A stretch of DNA of 63,738 nucleotides, the filler included, from Octopus bimaculoides (Eukaryota), in the NCBI RefSeq assembly GCF_001194135.2. It is 6 parts of 6 records of this genome, joined end to end, with 100 filler letters (N's around TTAATTAATTAA, not from the genome) between each part and the next. Parts side by side here need not be neighbours in the genome. Positions count along the whole stretch, not along the records: positions 1 to 13,036 come from NW_026387462.1; positions 13,137 to 44,666 come from NC_068983.1; 4 more parts are not named here. One strand, written 5' to 3'. The position numbers and the translations under genes were made by a program. The notes beneath the pieces were generated by a model. The model did no database searches. It was given only the letters and a program-made list of their open reading frames with translations, and had not been told where the DNA came from. This document shows positions 1 to 13,172 of the stretch, piece by piece; the stretch's first letter is position 1, and the number at the start of each line of letters is the position of its first letter.

Positions 1-32
<32 letters not shown>
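1..32. repeat. (TA)n microsatellite, representative of dozens of (TA)n/(CA)n/(TG)n/(TATG)n tracts across the window
   Basis: Direct repeat visible in sequence; these tracts generate the YIYI/HTHT/CVCV pseudo-ORFs in the ORF track. Confidence 0.99.
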
Positions 33-36
<4 letters not shown>

Positions 37-521
37 AACAACACTTCTTCAGCAGTTATTTTGCACTTAATGCACCACAGGAACATATACACACAACATA
101 TATGTATATACATATCTATATATATGTGTGTGTGTGTATGTGTATATATGTATATGTGTGTGTGTATATACATACATATATATATATACATATATATATT
201 TGTATATGCACACACATATAGATACTTATAAACATACACAAACACATACATATATACAAGTACAAGCTCACACAGACACACACACGATATTGGTCAAGAC
301 AGAAAATTGTAGATAGTGAGAGAGTGGGAGGGATGGAGGGAGAGTGTGAGGAGAGATAGGCTGAAAGGAGACATATGAAGATGTGTGCGTATTATACATA
401 CAGACATATATATGTTTGTATGTATGTGTGTGCATTTAAATGTCTTCTATGAACAAATATAAATATATACATAAGTATCTATGTGTATGTGTGTATACAT
501 GTGTGTATACATGTTGTCTCC

Positions 522-578
<57 letters not shown>

Positions 579-718
579 CGTGTGTGTGTGTATGTGTGTG
601 TGTGTGTATGTGTGTGTGTGTGTATAGCCATGTATGTACATGTATGTGCACAGATGGAAATGCGTACAAACAGTGAGAGACAGGTAGAATTTTACAGGCA
701 AAGCTACAGTAATAGACA

Positions 719-770
719 GAGAGAGAGAGAGAGAGAGAAAGAGGGAGAGAAGGAGATTAAGACAGAGAGG

Positions 771-812
<42 letters not shown>

Positions 813-828
813 GAGAAAGAGAGGGAGA
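719..828. repeat. (GA)n-rich microsatellite
   Basis: Imperfect gagaga tract. Confidence 0.95.
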
Positions 829-2481
829 GTTCTAGCTGCCTCATGAAACAGACAAAATACTTTCCGACATAAGCAAAAGAATTTCCTCTATGTGGACTAA
901 GAATATATCTGATCTGGGCTCCATGACAACAAGCCGTTCGCTGCCCATCATGTACAGATGACTTACAACACAACGTGACATGCTGGTTTGCAAGCAAAAC
1001 TGATGCTGTGGCCATTCTTGCTGTTGTTTTTATTCCAGTGGTTGCCATCACCACACTCGGGATGTATCTGAAGAGAGAATTGGCACTTACAAGAAAGATA
1101 GGATGTTGTTGTGCATGTGTATGTGTCTGTGATGCTGATGCTGGTAGAAGCAATGGCAGTGTTGGTGACAGTGGTGGTGGTGGTAGTGGTGGTGGTGGTG
1201 GTGGTGGTATTGNNNNNNNNNNNNNNNNNNNNNNNNNNNNNNNNNNNNNNNNNNNNNNNNNNNNNNNNNNNNNNNNNNNNNNNNNNNNNNNNNNNNNNNN
1301 NNNNNNNNNNNNNNNNNNNNNNNNNNNNNNNNNNNNNNNNNNNNNNNNNNNNNNNNNNNNNNNNNNNNNNNNNNNNNNNNNNNNNNNNNNNNNNNNNNNN
1401 NNNNNNNNNNNNNNNNNNNNNNNNNNNNNNNNNNNNNNNNNNNNNNNNNNNNNNNNNNNNNNNNNNNNNNNNNNNNNNNNNNNNNNNNNNNNNNNNNNNN
1501 NNNNNNNNNNNNNNNNNNNNNNNNNNNNNNNNNNNNNNNNNNNNNNNNNNNNNNNNNNNNNNNNNNNNNNNNNNNNNNNNNNNNNNNNNNNNNNNNNNNN
1601 NNNNNNNNNNNNNNNNNNNNNNNNNNNNNNNNNNNNNNNNNNNNNNNNNNNNNNNNNNNNNNNNNNNNNNNNNNNNNNNNNNNNNNNNNNNNNNNNNNNN
1701 NNNNNNNNNNNNNNNNNNNNNNNNNNNNNNNNNNNNNNNNNNNNNNNNNNNNNNNNNNNNNNNNNNNNNNNNNNNNNNNNNNNNNNNNNNNNNNNNNNNN
1801 NNNNNNNNNNNNNNNNNNNNNNNNNNNNNNNNNNNNNNNNNNNNNNNNNNNNNNNNNNNNNNNNNNNNNNNNNNNNNNNNNNNNNNNNNNNNNNNNNNNN
1901 NNNNNNNNNNNNNNNNNNNNNNNNNNNNNNNNNNNNNNNNNNNNNNNNNNNNNNNNNNNNNNNNNNNNNNNNNNNNNNNNNNNNNNNNNNNNNNNNNNNN
2001 NNNNNNNNNNNNNNNNNNNNNNNNNNNNNNNNNNNNNNNNNNNNNNNNNNNNTTGATATATATATGTATATCTATCTATCCACCTATATATCTATTTATC
2101 TATCTACTGATCTATCTATGTGTCTGACTGTCTGTCTGTCTATCTATCTATCTATTTATCTCTCTCCCTCTCTCTCTCTCTCTCCCTCTCTCTCTCTCAC
2201 TTTCTCTCTCTCTCTCTCTCCCTATCTATCTATCTATCTGTAAATCATTGTGTGTGTGTGTGTGTGTGTGTGTGTATGCATTTATATATGTAAGTATCTA
2301 CATCACATATGTATTTGTATATATCTATATGTGTGTGTTTTAAAACCATTCCTTGAGATTCAGTCTGCTTCCAGCTACCACTATCTTCATCTTCTTGTGA
2401 TTGTTGCAGCAGTTACCCATACTGATGCAGTTATTGTTGTTGTTGTTGATTATATAGTTGTCCATGTCTATGGGGTTGTTG

Positions 2482-2512
<31 letters not shown>

Positions 2513-3241
2513 TGGTGAATGTACTTATCAAGAAGACTTCATTTAACATGGAAGACAATTTGCTTAAATTTTTCTTCTAATTATTCGTTTTTATTGTTTT
2601 TATTTATATATATATATATATATATTTTTCTTTCTTTTTTGGGTTGCTCTTATTTACTAATATACTGCATTAAAAAAGATAATATATATAAATATGTGTG
2701 TGTGTGTGTGTGTGTGTATGTATACATATATGTATATGTGTATTAGTGTATATATGTAGGTATTGGTGTATGAGCATGTTGTTTTATACCATATGTGTGT
2801 ATATGTGTATGTATGTATGTATATATATATATATATATATANNNNNNNNNNNNNNNNNNNNNNNNNNNNNNNNNNNNNNNNNNNNNNNNNNNNNNNNNNN
2901 NNNNNNNNNNNNNNNNNNNNNNNNNNNNNNNNNNNNNNNNNNNNNNNNNNNNNNNNNNNNNNNNNNNNNNNNNNNNNNNNNNNNNNNNNNNNNNNNNNNN
3001 NNNNNNNNNNNNNNNNNNNNNNNNNNNNNNNNNNNNNNNNNNNNNNNNNNNNNNNNNNNNNNNNNNNNNNNNNNNNNNNNNNNNNNNNNNNNNNNNNNNN
3101 NNNNNNNNNNNNNNNNNNNNNNNNNNNNNNNNNNNNNNNNNNNNNNNNNNNNNNNNNNNNNNNNNNNNNNNNNNNNNNNNNNNNNNNNNNNNNNNNATAT
3201 ATATATAATACACACGAATATATATACATATATGTATATAT

Positions 3242-3291
<50 letters not shown>

Positions 3292-3522
3292 AATATATGT
3301 ATATATATATATGTACATATATATCTATATCCGTATATATATATATATGTACAAATGTATTTATATATATACATATATATTTACACACACACACACACAC
3401 ATATATATATACATATATGTATTTACTTATTCAGATGTATGTAAATATGTATAAACCTTCCTCTAGCATTCTCTTTTCCCCCCACCTCTCTTTCTCACTT
3501 ACTGAAACCATCTCTCTTTCTT

Positions 3523-3620
3523 CGTCTCCCACTCTTTCTCCGTCTCCCACTCTTTCTCCGGCTCCCACTCTTTCTCTGTCTCCCACTCTTTCTCCGTCTC
3601 CCTCTCTTTCTCCGTCTCCC
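3523..3620 (+). repeat. 18-bp minisatellite, about 5.4 copies (CGTCTCCCACTCTTTCTC)
   Basis: Units start at 3523, 3541, 3559, 3577, 3595 and 3613 (partial), with at most one substitution each. Confidence 0.93.
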
Positions 3621-3791
3621 TATACAAACACAGTGCAGGAACTTCTTAGTATTCTCAATATTATGTCGATGCTTATTTCCACTTTCTCTGACCACTGCCT
3701 GCACCTTTAGAATTACGGAATTCACCAAACGTATTTAGCAATATAAGCATAATAATTATATAAGGCTACATTCATGCAAACATACTAGCAC

Positions 3792-3828
<37 letters not shown>

Positions 3829-4000
3829 CATATACATACATATATATACATATATGCACATATAGCTATGTATGTATATATACATAAATGTGTGTGTATA
3901 TGTGTGTAAGTATGAATATATTCACATACTCAAAGATTTTATATATTCTGTTCATATGTATCTTATTATGTGTTATCTTATCATGCACGTATAAGCATAA

Positions 4001-4044
<44 letters not shown>

Positions 4045-4066
4045 ATATATATGTATATATATATAT

Positions 4067-4590
4067 CAGTAGAGCCTTCTGACCAGAGTTGGTAGAGGGG
4101 AAAGTGAAAGAAGACCATCGTATGTATATATATTTGTGTGTGCTTGTGTGTGTATAAATATATATATAAGTATGTATACATGTATGTATGTTTGTATGCA
4201 TGTGTGTATGTATGTTTGTATGCATGCGTGTATGTATATTTGTATGTTTGTCTGTATGTATGTTTGTATGTACATATGTGTACTTGTATGTATGTATGTA
4301 TGTATGTATGTATGTATGTATATTTGTATGTATGCATGTATGTGTATATCTCTATATGCATGTTTTCGCATTGGCATTTGTCCCTCAGCACTGTTTGGAC
4401 AACCAGCGTTGATGCATTTACACACCCATAACATAGCAGTGCATCAAAAGAGATCGACAGAAGGAGTACCAGGCTTTCAGAAAAAAAAAAAAAAATGTCC
4501 ATGGGTCAAATCTGTTCAACCGAACCCCTCCACGAGACAGTGCCACAGAATGGCCAGGGACCAGTGATTGAAGCAAGTGGAAAAATAAAT
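4067..4590 (+). mobile_element. Diverged octopus-type SINE (family 1, CORE/OR2-like), 5'-truncated, with expanded internal microsatellite
   Basis: 4067-4122 resembles the ttggtagacggaaactgaaagaagcccgtcgta segment and 4375-4590 resembles the 3' half of the better copies at 18865-19233 and 63245-63670; about 250 bp of (TATG)n lies between. Confidence 0.7.
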
Positions 4591-4663
4591 ACATATATGT
4601 GTGTATGTGTGTGTATGTATGTATATACATCCATACATAAGCAAAATACATTTACATATATGT

Positions 4664-4706
<43 letters not shown>

Positions 4707-4994
4707 ATATGTATATACACATGTCTATATAAATATATAAACACATGCACATATATATATGTGTGTGTGTGTGTGTGTGTATATATGTACACATATGATA
4801 TGCATAGGCTTTTTACAAGTGATACCAGTGCCAGAGAGAAATTTATGAATATATAAATATATTGCTGTTTTTATAGTCGGGTGTGCAGTCAGTGCAAGAG
4901 GATAGAGCTACTGCACGGAAAGAGGTAGCTGATTGAAGCAAAACATGGCATGAGAACAAGAAAGATATGGCCATCCCCTTTTTCTTTGTTGCAG

Positions 4995-5056
4995 AATGTG
5001 CTCTCTTAAGATTTAGGACTGGAAATATGCAGTGCCATTTGCCGTTTCCAAAGACG
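4995..5056 (+). CDS. Candidate 62-nt internal exon of an unknown gene (CALLRFRTGNMQCHLPFPKT)
   Basis: Strong acceptor ccccttttt-ctttgttgcag| and donor acg|gtaaga; one open frame. Protein not recognised. Confidence 0.3.
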
Positions 5057-6102
5057 GTAAGATAGAGGTGCTTGGCTAATGCAGGGGAGGTTTGCTTACG
5101 ACGTATATCTGCAGGCTGACGACTACACAGAATATCTCTTGCCTGGTTGCTTTAATAATGTATGTATACATATGTGTATGTGTGTGAATGTATATTGTAT
5201 ATGTGTATGTATGTGTGTGTGTATATTTATCTATATAAATATATACGTTTGTCAAATGCTTTTATGCATGTGTATGTGTGCATGTGTGTATATACAAATA
5301 TTATGTGCATGCATATGTATATATATATATTTATACACACACACATATACTCATATGTATGTATATATATANNNNNNNNNNNNNNNNNNNNNNNNNNNNN
5401 NNNNNNNNNNNNNNNNNNNNNNNNNNNNNNNNNNNNNNNNNNNNNNNNNNNNNNNNNNNNNNNNNNNNNNNNNNNNNNNNNNNNNNNNNNNNNNNNNNNN
5501 NNNNNNNNNNNNNNNNNNNNNNNNNNNNNNNNNNNNNNNNNNNNNNNNNNNNNNNNNNNNNNNNNNNNNNNNNNNNNNNNNNNNNNNNNNNNNNNNNNNN
5601 NNNNNNNNNNNNNNNNNNNNNNNNNNNNNNNNNNNNNNNNNNNNNNNNNNNNNNNNNNNNNNNNNNNNNNNNNNNNNNNNNNNNNNNNNNNNNNNAGCGT
5701 ATACATACATCTGTTACTCATTCTGTCAGTCAGCCATGTGTGTATCTATCTATGTATCTATGTATGTATGCATGCATGTATGTATGTATGTATGTACGTA
5801 TGTATGTATGCATGTATGTATGTATGTACGTATGTATGTATCTATCTATCTCTCTATCTCTCTATCAATCTATCTATCTATTTATTTCTCTATCTATCAA
5901 ACTATCTAATTTACAAACTAACTGACTATCTATGCATCTAGCTGTCTATATACACATGCATATATAAAAATAGTAATACATAGGTACAAATCTACATATG
6001 TTTATGTGTATATATATATATTTAAAAATATATGTATTCTTGTATCTTTTTATGCATATCTACATTAAAGCGAATTAATCCATATGTACATATATATATA
6101 CA

Positions 6103-6135
<33 letters not shown>

Positions 6136-6183
6136 GTCTATCTATCTATCTATCTATCTATATAAAAAATGTGTGTATATGTG

Positions 6184-6214
<31 letters not shown>

Positions 6215-6373
6215 ATTCTTTATTCTTTTACTGGTTCAATTCATTACGCAGTGGTCATAAGGACGTGCACCATTTTGTATCTGGGCATCAGCATTGATCT
6301 TGCATCTTATTTTAACATGCACAGAAAAACGAGCCTTAAAAATTCTCATGCACACCAACACACACATACACAT

Positions 6374-6416
<43 letters not shown>

Positions 6417-7029
6417 TATGTACATAAATACGAGCAGTCCATACACTTGTATTATATATTTTCTTTTTTAATGTATATATGTTAATTAGTGTTAATTTCA
6501 CTCAAAATTAAATTTGGCAAAAAAAAAAAAACCCAGAAAACAGAAAAGGAAAAAACAAAACAAAAATGCAAACCAACAAAATATAAAACTGCGAATTAAT
6601 AAAAGAAAAAGGCAAAAAAATATAACAAAAAAATGACAAAACAAACTACATACATATACTCACACACACACAGGCACGCACATACACACACACATACACA
6701 AACACATACACACACGAAAGTAAAATGTTAATGAAGGTACTCCAAGACTCCGCAATCTATCCATTTGGCAGCGCCAGGCGGAATGCGTTTTGACATCTAT
6801 AAAAAAAGCAAAAGCAAATTATTTTTACCCAGTAAGTCTGCTGCATATATTCCATATTTGGCACATTTCACATGTCTTATAGTGATACTTCTCATCTTGG
6901 TGGAATTAAGCTGTTTCTATTGATGCAGAACCAGTCTCACAGATGCAAAGAAATCACAAAAGGACCATACGCCTTATGTTTTTATACGTCCTCTCTCTTC
7001 TGCGAATAACTTGCTAAGCATTTGTCTGC

Positions 7030-7400
<371 letters not shown>

Positions 7401-8307
7401 TTTCTCCAGCTACATATTTAGGTAGCTATCTAGCTTTCAGATATGTATACATTTGTGTGTGTGTGAATTAATAATCTATAAAACCAGTTAGTTATTTACA
7501 TAGCTTTACATCCATCCTTCCCTGTATACATACGCATGCATGTATGTATATATATATAAATAATTACATATGTAACACACATATATGTATGCTTCTCCAC
7601 ATATGTGCCTACCTGTTTGCAAGCATACCTATTCAGCACTCATCACTCACACTCTATCTCTCATTACTCTTCCTCATCTCTCATTACTCTTCCTCATCTC
7701 TCATTTAAAAAATATAAATATACATATGTATTTATATTTATATTTGTGTATGAAACACACACTCACATACAAGCATGCACACACACATACACACAACATA
7801 CACTAACAGACATACACACACATGTGTTCAATTAGAAATGCATGCATATCAAAGAAATTGATGAGAGCTCGTCAGAATGGTCAAGGAATCTCATCGAAAT
7901 AACACCCAGATCTTATTCAAATTATAGCTTAACACCATGAACTGAGCATGGACACATGTTTAATGGAGTTCTATAAGTACAGTATCTGCAAGAAAAAAAA
8001 AAGAGATGAGATGGTCATGCTTGGAATGTTTTTGATCATAGATCTGAACTAATCTGGGGTTATTGAGTAACCCCCAGATTATCCAGAGTAATCAGACAAA
8101 CAATGTAAAGACACAGATTAACATCTATCTATCTATTTATCTATCTATCTGTCTGTCTGTCTGCCTGCCTGCCTGTCTGTCTGCCTGTCTGTCCATTCAT
8201 TTGTCTCTCTGTCTATTCATCTATGTATCTATCATATTTATATAACTGTCTGTCTGTCTGTGTCTCTCTTTATCTATCAGTTACTCTCTCTATATGCATG
8301 TGTATAC

Positions 8308-8360
<53 letters not shown>

Positions 8361-9643
8361 NNNNNNNNNNNNNNNNNNNNNNNNNNNNNNNNNNNNNNNN
8401 NNNNNNNNNNNNNNNNNNNNNNNNNNNNNNNNNNNNNNNNNNNNNNNNNNNNNNNNNNNNNNNNNNNNNNNNNNNNNNNNNNNNNNNNNNNNNNNNNNNN
8501 NNNNNNNNNNNNNNNNNNNNNNNNNNNNNNNNNNNNNNNNNNNNNNNNNNNNNNNNNNNNNNNNNNNNNNNNNNNNNNNNNNNNNNNNNNNNNNNNNNNN
8601 NNNNNNNNNNNNNNNNNNNNNNNNNNNNNNNNNNNNNNNNNNNNNNNNNNNNNNNNNNNNNNNNNNNNNNNNNNNNNNNNNNNNNNNNNNNNNNNNNNNN
8701 NNNNNNNNNNNNNNNNNNNNNNNNNNNNNNNNNNNNNNNNNNNNNNNNNNNNNNNNNNNNNNNNNNNNNNNNNNNNNNNNNNNNNNNNNNNNNNNNNNNN
8801 NNNNNNNNNNNNNNNNNNNNNNNNNNNNNNNNNNNNNNNNNNNNNNNNNNNNNNNNNNNNNNNNNNNNNNNNNNNNNNNNNNNNNNNNNNNNNNNNNNNN
8901 NNNNNNNNNNNNNNNNNNNNNNNNNNNNNNNNNNNNNNNNNNNNNNNNNNNNNNNNNNNNNNNNNNNNNNNNNNNNNNNNNNNNNNNNNNNNNNNNNNNN
9001 NNNNNNNNNNNNNNNNNNNNNNNNNNNNNNNNNNNNNNNNNNNNNNNNNNNNNNNNNNNNNNNNNNNNNNNNNNNNNNNNNNNNNNNNNNNNNNNNNNNN
9101 NNNNNNNNNNNNNNNNNNNNNNNNNNNNNNNNNNNNNNNNNNNNNNNNNNNNNNNNNNNNNNNNNNNNNNNTATATATATATATATATATATATATGTTT
9201 GTGTATGTGCGTCTGTATGTGTATATGTTTTCATGTATAGATATGAGAATGCAATGTGCGTAAGTATTTGTGCGTAGTAAACGTGTGCAAACCACATATA
9301 TGCGTACATGCATCAGTATCTATATATGTAACAATTACATGCAAACTGACATAAGTTAACTCACTTTGGCATTGCTAAGCTGATGCCAATGGAAGAATAT
9401 GAAGACGGTAGAATTAAAGGAATATATTTAATATTACTAGATATGTAGCATCCAGTGCATTGCAAGGGATTCAACATAAGGAATTCAGATTTTTTTTTCA
9501 AATAATTTTGGATACCTGTTCTTACAAGCACACACATACAACTCCATATATACATACCATATGTAGACGTATTAACAGACTCATAAGCAGACACACACAC
9601 ACACACACACACACAAATGCATATATATATATATATATGCACA

Positions 9644-9681
<38 letters not shown>

Positions 9682-10430
9682 NNNNNNNNNNNNNNNNNNN
9701 NNNNNNNNNNNNNNNNNNNNNNNNNNNNNNNNNNNNNNNNNNNNNNNNNNNNNNNNNNNNNNNNNNNNNNNNNNNNNNNNNNNNNNNNNNNNNNNNNNNN
9801 NNNNNNNNNNNNNNNNNNNNNNNNNNNNNNNNNNNNNNNNNNNNNNNNNNNNNNNNNNNNNNNNNNNNNNNNNNNNNNNNNNNNNNNNNNNNNNNNNNNN
9901 NNNNNNNNNNNNNNNNNNNNNNNNNNNNNNNNNNNNNNNNNNNNNNNNNNNNNNNNNNNNNNNNNNNNNNNNNNNNNNNNNNNNNNNNNNNNNNNNNNNN
10001 NNNNNNNNNNNNNNNNNNNNNNNNNNNNNNNNNNNNNNNNNNNNNNNNNNNNNNNNNNNNNNNNNNNNNNNNNNNNNNNNNNNNNNNNNNNNNNNNNNNN
10101 NNNNNNNNNNNNNNNNNNNNNNNNNNNNNNNNNNNNNNNNNNNNNNNNNNNNNNNNNNNNNNNNNNNNNNNNNNNNNNNNNNNNNNNNNNNNNNNNNNNN
10201 NNNNNNNNNNNNNNNNNNNNNNNNNNNNNNNNNNNNNNNNNNNNNNNNNNNNNNNNNNNNNNNNNNNNNNNNNNNNNNNNNNNNNNNNNNNNNNNNNNNN
10301 NNNNNNNNNNNNNNNNNNNNNNNNNNNNNNNNNNNNNNNNNNNNNNNNNNNNNNNNNNNNNNNNNNNNNNNNNNNNNNNNNNNNNNNNNNNNNNNNNNNN
10401 NNNNNNNNNNNNNNNNNNNNNNNNNNNNNN

Positions 10431-10481
<51 letters not shown>

Positions 10482-10629
10482 AAGTATATACATATATGTA
10501 CATATATGCATATTTGCATTTATATATAAGTATATACATATACACATGTATGTGTATATATGTGTGTGTGTGTGTGTGTGTGCATGAATATGTAAACGTG
10601 TGTGAATGTATGAATATATGTACACATAG

Positions 10630-10763
10630 TGATGCGATGTCAAGAAAAGAATTAGGTATGCCTTCTTTTACTGATATCAATGATTTAGCTACAGACATGC
10701 TGATGCAAGGCAATCGACTTGTTTTTAGTACAGCATATAAGCCACAGTACCTGATTCCGTCTG
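10630..10763 (+). CDS. Candidate exon-like island (DAMSRKELGMPSFTDINDLATDMLMQGNRLVFSTAYKPQYLIPS)
   Basis: About 45 non-repetitive open codons between microsatellites; splice sites weak; an antisense frame is also open. Unrecognised. Confidence 0.2.
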
Positions 10764-10892
10764 GTACACACACATAGATATATATATAATATTATTGATC
10801 TGCATTCATTGATTGTCTGAAATACCTTTTTGGTACGAGGGGACGCAACTCGGTGCAACGGTGGATACCGGTACATTCGAAGACGGGTGCAT

Positions 10893-10944
<52 letters not shown>

Positions 10945-11074
10945 CCACACGCACATATACACACACAAACGTAGATTTAAATATATATATGTATAATAGA
11001 AACTGCAAAATTTATGTCTCATAAATTGCAATCCAGAAACAGTTATGGATCTAAGCATACATAGAAGGAACATG

Positions 11075-11128
<54 letters not shown>

Positions 11129-11190
11129 CTATATGTATATGTATCAAAAGGAATATATACATATATGCAATGTATATATATATGCGTATG

Positions 11191-11229
<39 letters not shown>

Positions 11230-11375
11230 GAATGGATGTATATAAATGAATATACCTCAATGTTCTTGTGAGGGTGTATAAGATTATATTCATGTATATT
11301 ACATATAAGAATACGGCAACCTATATAAAAATAGGTAAATGTATACATCAGTGTACAGAATGGTTATGAAAAAAT

Positions 11376-11407
<32 letters not shown>

Positions 11408-11904
11408 ACACATATATATATATATATANNNNNNNNNNNNNNNNNNNNNNNNNNNNNNNNNNNNNNNNNNNNNNNNNNNNNNNNNNNNNNNNNNNNNNNN
11501 NNNNNNNNNNNNNNNNNNNNNNNNNNNNNNNNNNNNNNNNNNNNNNNNNNNNNNNNNNNNNNNNNNNNNNNNNNNNNNNNNNNNNNNNNNNNNNNNNNNN
11601 NNNNNNNNNNNNNNNNNNNNNNNNNNNNNNNNNNNNNNNNNNNNNNNNNNNNNNNNNNNNNNNNNNNNNNNNNNNNNNNNNNNNNNNNNNNNNNNNNNNN
11701 NNNNNNNNNNNNNNNNNNNNNNNNNNNNNNNNNNNNNNNNNNNNNNNNNNNNNNNNNNNNNNNNNNNNNNNNNNNNNNNNNNNNNNNNNNNNNNNNNNNN
11801 NNNNNNNNNNNNNNNNNNNNNNNNNNNNNNNNNNNNNNNNNNNNNNNNNNNNNNNNNNNNNNNNNNNNNNNNNNNNNNNNNNNNNNNNNNNNNNNNNNNN
11901 NNNN

Positions 11905-11941
<37 letters not shown>

Positions 11942-12166
11942 ATATCAATGATCATAATAGTGATGGAAGGGAAGGGGGAACAAAAGAGACGGGCTAGGCT
12001 ATGGGCTAATCTAGTGGAATGACATCACATGGAAGAATTTGCAGTCTGTCTTTGACTCCATGTGTGTGTGTGTGTGTGGGTAGAGAGAGAGGAATATAGA
12101 CAAAGATAAATTCCTGCCACACATAAAGATAGTTTCAGGAACCAGGGATAACTGTTATTTTGAGCC

Positions 12167-12167
12167 G

Positions 12168-12230
<63 letters not shown>

Positions 12231-12340
12231 ATTGTAGTAGTGGTTGTGGTAGCAGTAGAAGTCATGCTGGTAGTGGTCGTGGACGTGGTGTTGGTGGTGG
12301 TGGTTGTTTTAGTAGTAGCAATAGTAGTGGTAGTAGTTGT
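12167..12340. repeat. (TAG)n / (GTG)n trinucleotide repeat complex
   Basis: Direct repeat; source of the poly-Thr pseudo-ORF. Confidence 0.95.
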
Positions 12341-12490
12341 GAATTGGAGGATTGCATTATACGGAAAATATTGATGATGCACATGTAGATTTGTATATAT
12401 AGAGATTCAGGCATGCCCTGCACATCTGCATATATATATAGACACACACATACACACCCCCACGCACCCACACATATACATGCGATATGC

Positions 12491-12533
<43 letters not shown>

Positions 12534-12543
12534 NNNNNNNNNN

Positions 12544-12585
<42 letters not shown>

Positions 12586-12851
12586 CATATGTTCCCATAT
12601 ATATATGCATATATATATATATTTATAAATATTTTTATACACACACACACGTATATATATAATATGGACACATATATATGCATACACACACTCACAATTA
12701 CACATAAATGCATGTCTGTCTAGCCACTATCTACCTAGTTACTATTTTCCCTCATCCTACACACACACTCTCTCTCTATATATATACACATACGCACACA
12801 TATACACACACATACTCACATACACACACACACTTATATATAAATATATAC

Positions 12852-12924
<73 letters not shown>

Positions 12925-13136
12925 GACACACAGACTTTCATATTTAAATTTATATATAATTACTCATACTCACACACGTGTGAATTTATACACACATGTG
13001 TGTGTATAAATATATACAGATATATATATATATATANNNNNNNNNNNNNNNNNNNNNNNNNNNNNNNNNNNNNNNNNNNNTTAATTAATTAANNNNNNNN
13101 NNNNNNNNNNNNNNNNNNNNNNNNNNNNNNNNNNNN

Positions 13137-13172
<36 letters not shown>

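Noticed and set aside
2340-2580. Compound CAG/CAA repeat on the minus strand suggesting a polyQ exon (similar tract at 53507-53575)
   Set aside because: The Gln frame is bracketed or interrupted by stops, and splice signals are weak.
8052-8081. Short hairpins (also 22336-22355 and 47191-47208)
   Set aside because: Single short stems with no family or motif context.
12984-13011. 13-bp-arm palindrome
   Set aside because: Built from adjoining (CA)n and (TG)n microsatellites; expected by chance here.
13081-13092. TTAATTAATTAA islands within N runs (also 44711-44722, 51818-51829, 59634-59645, 62321-62332)
   Set aside because: Identical 12-mer embedded in Ns with stops in all six frames: an artificial assembly spacer, not biology.
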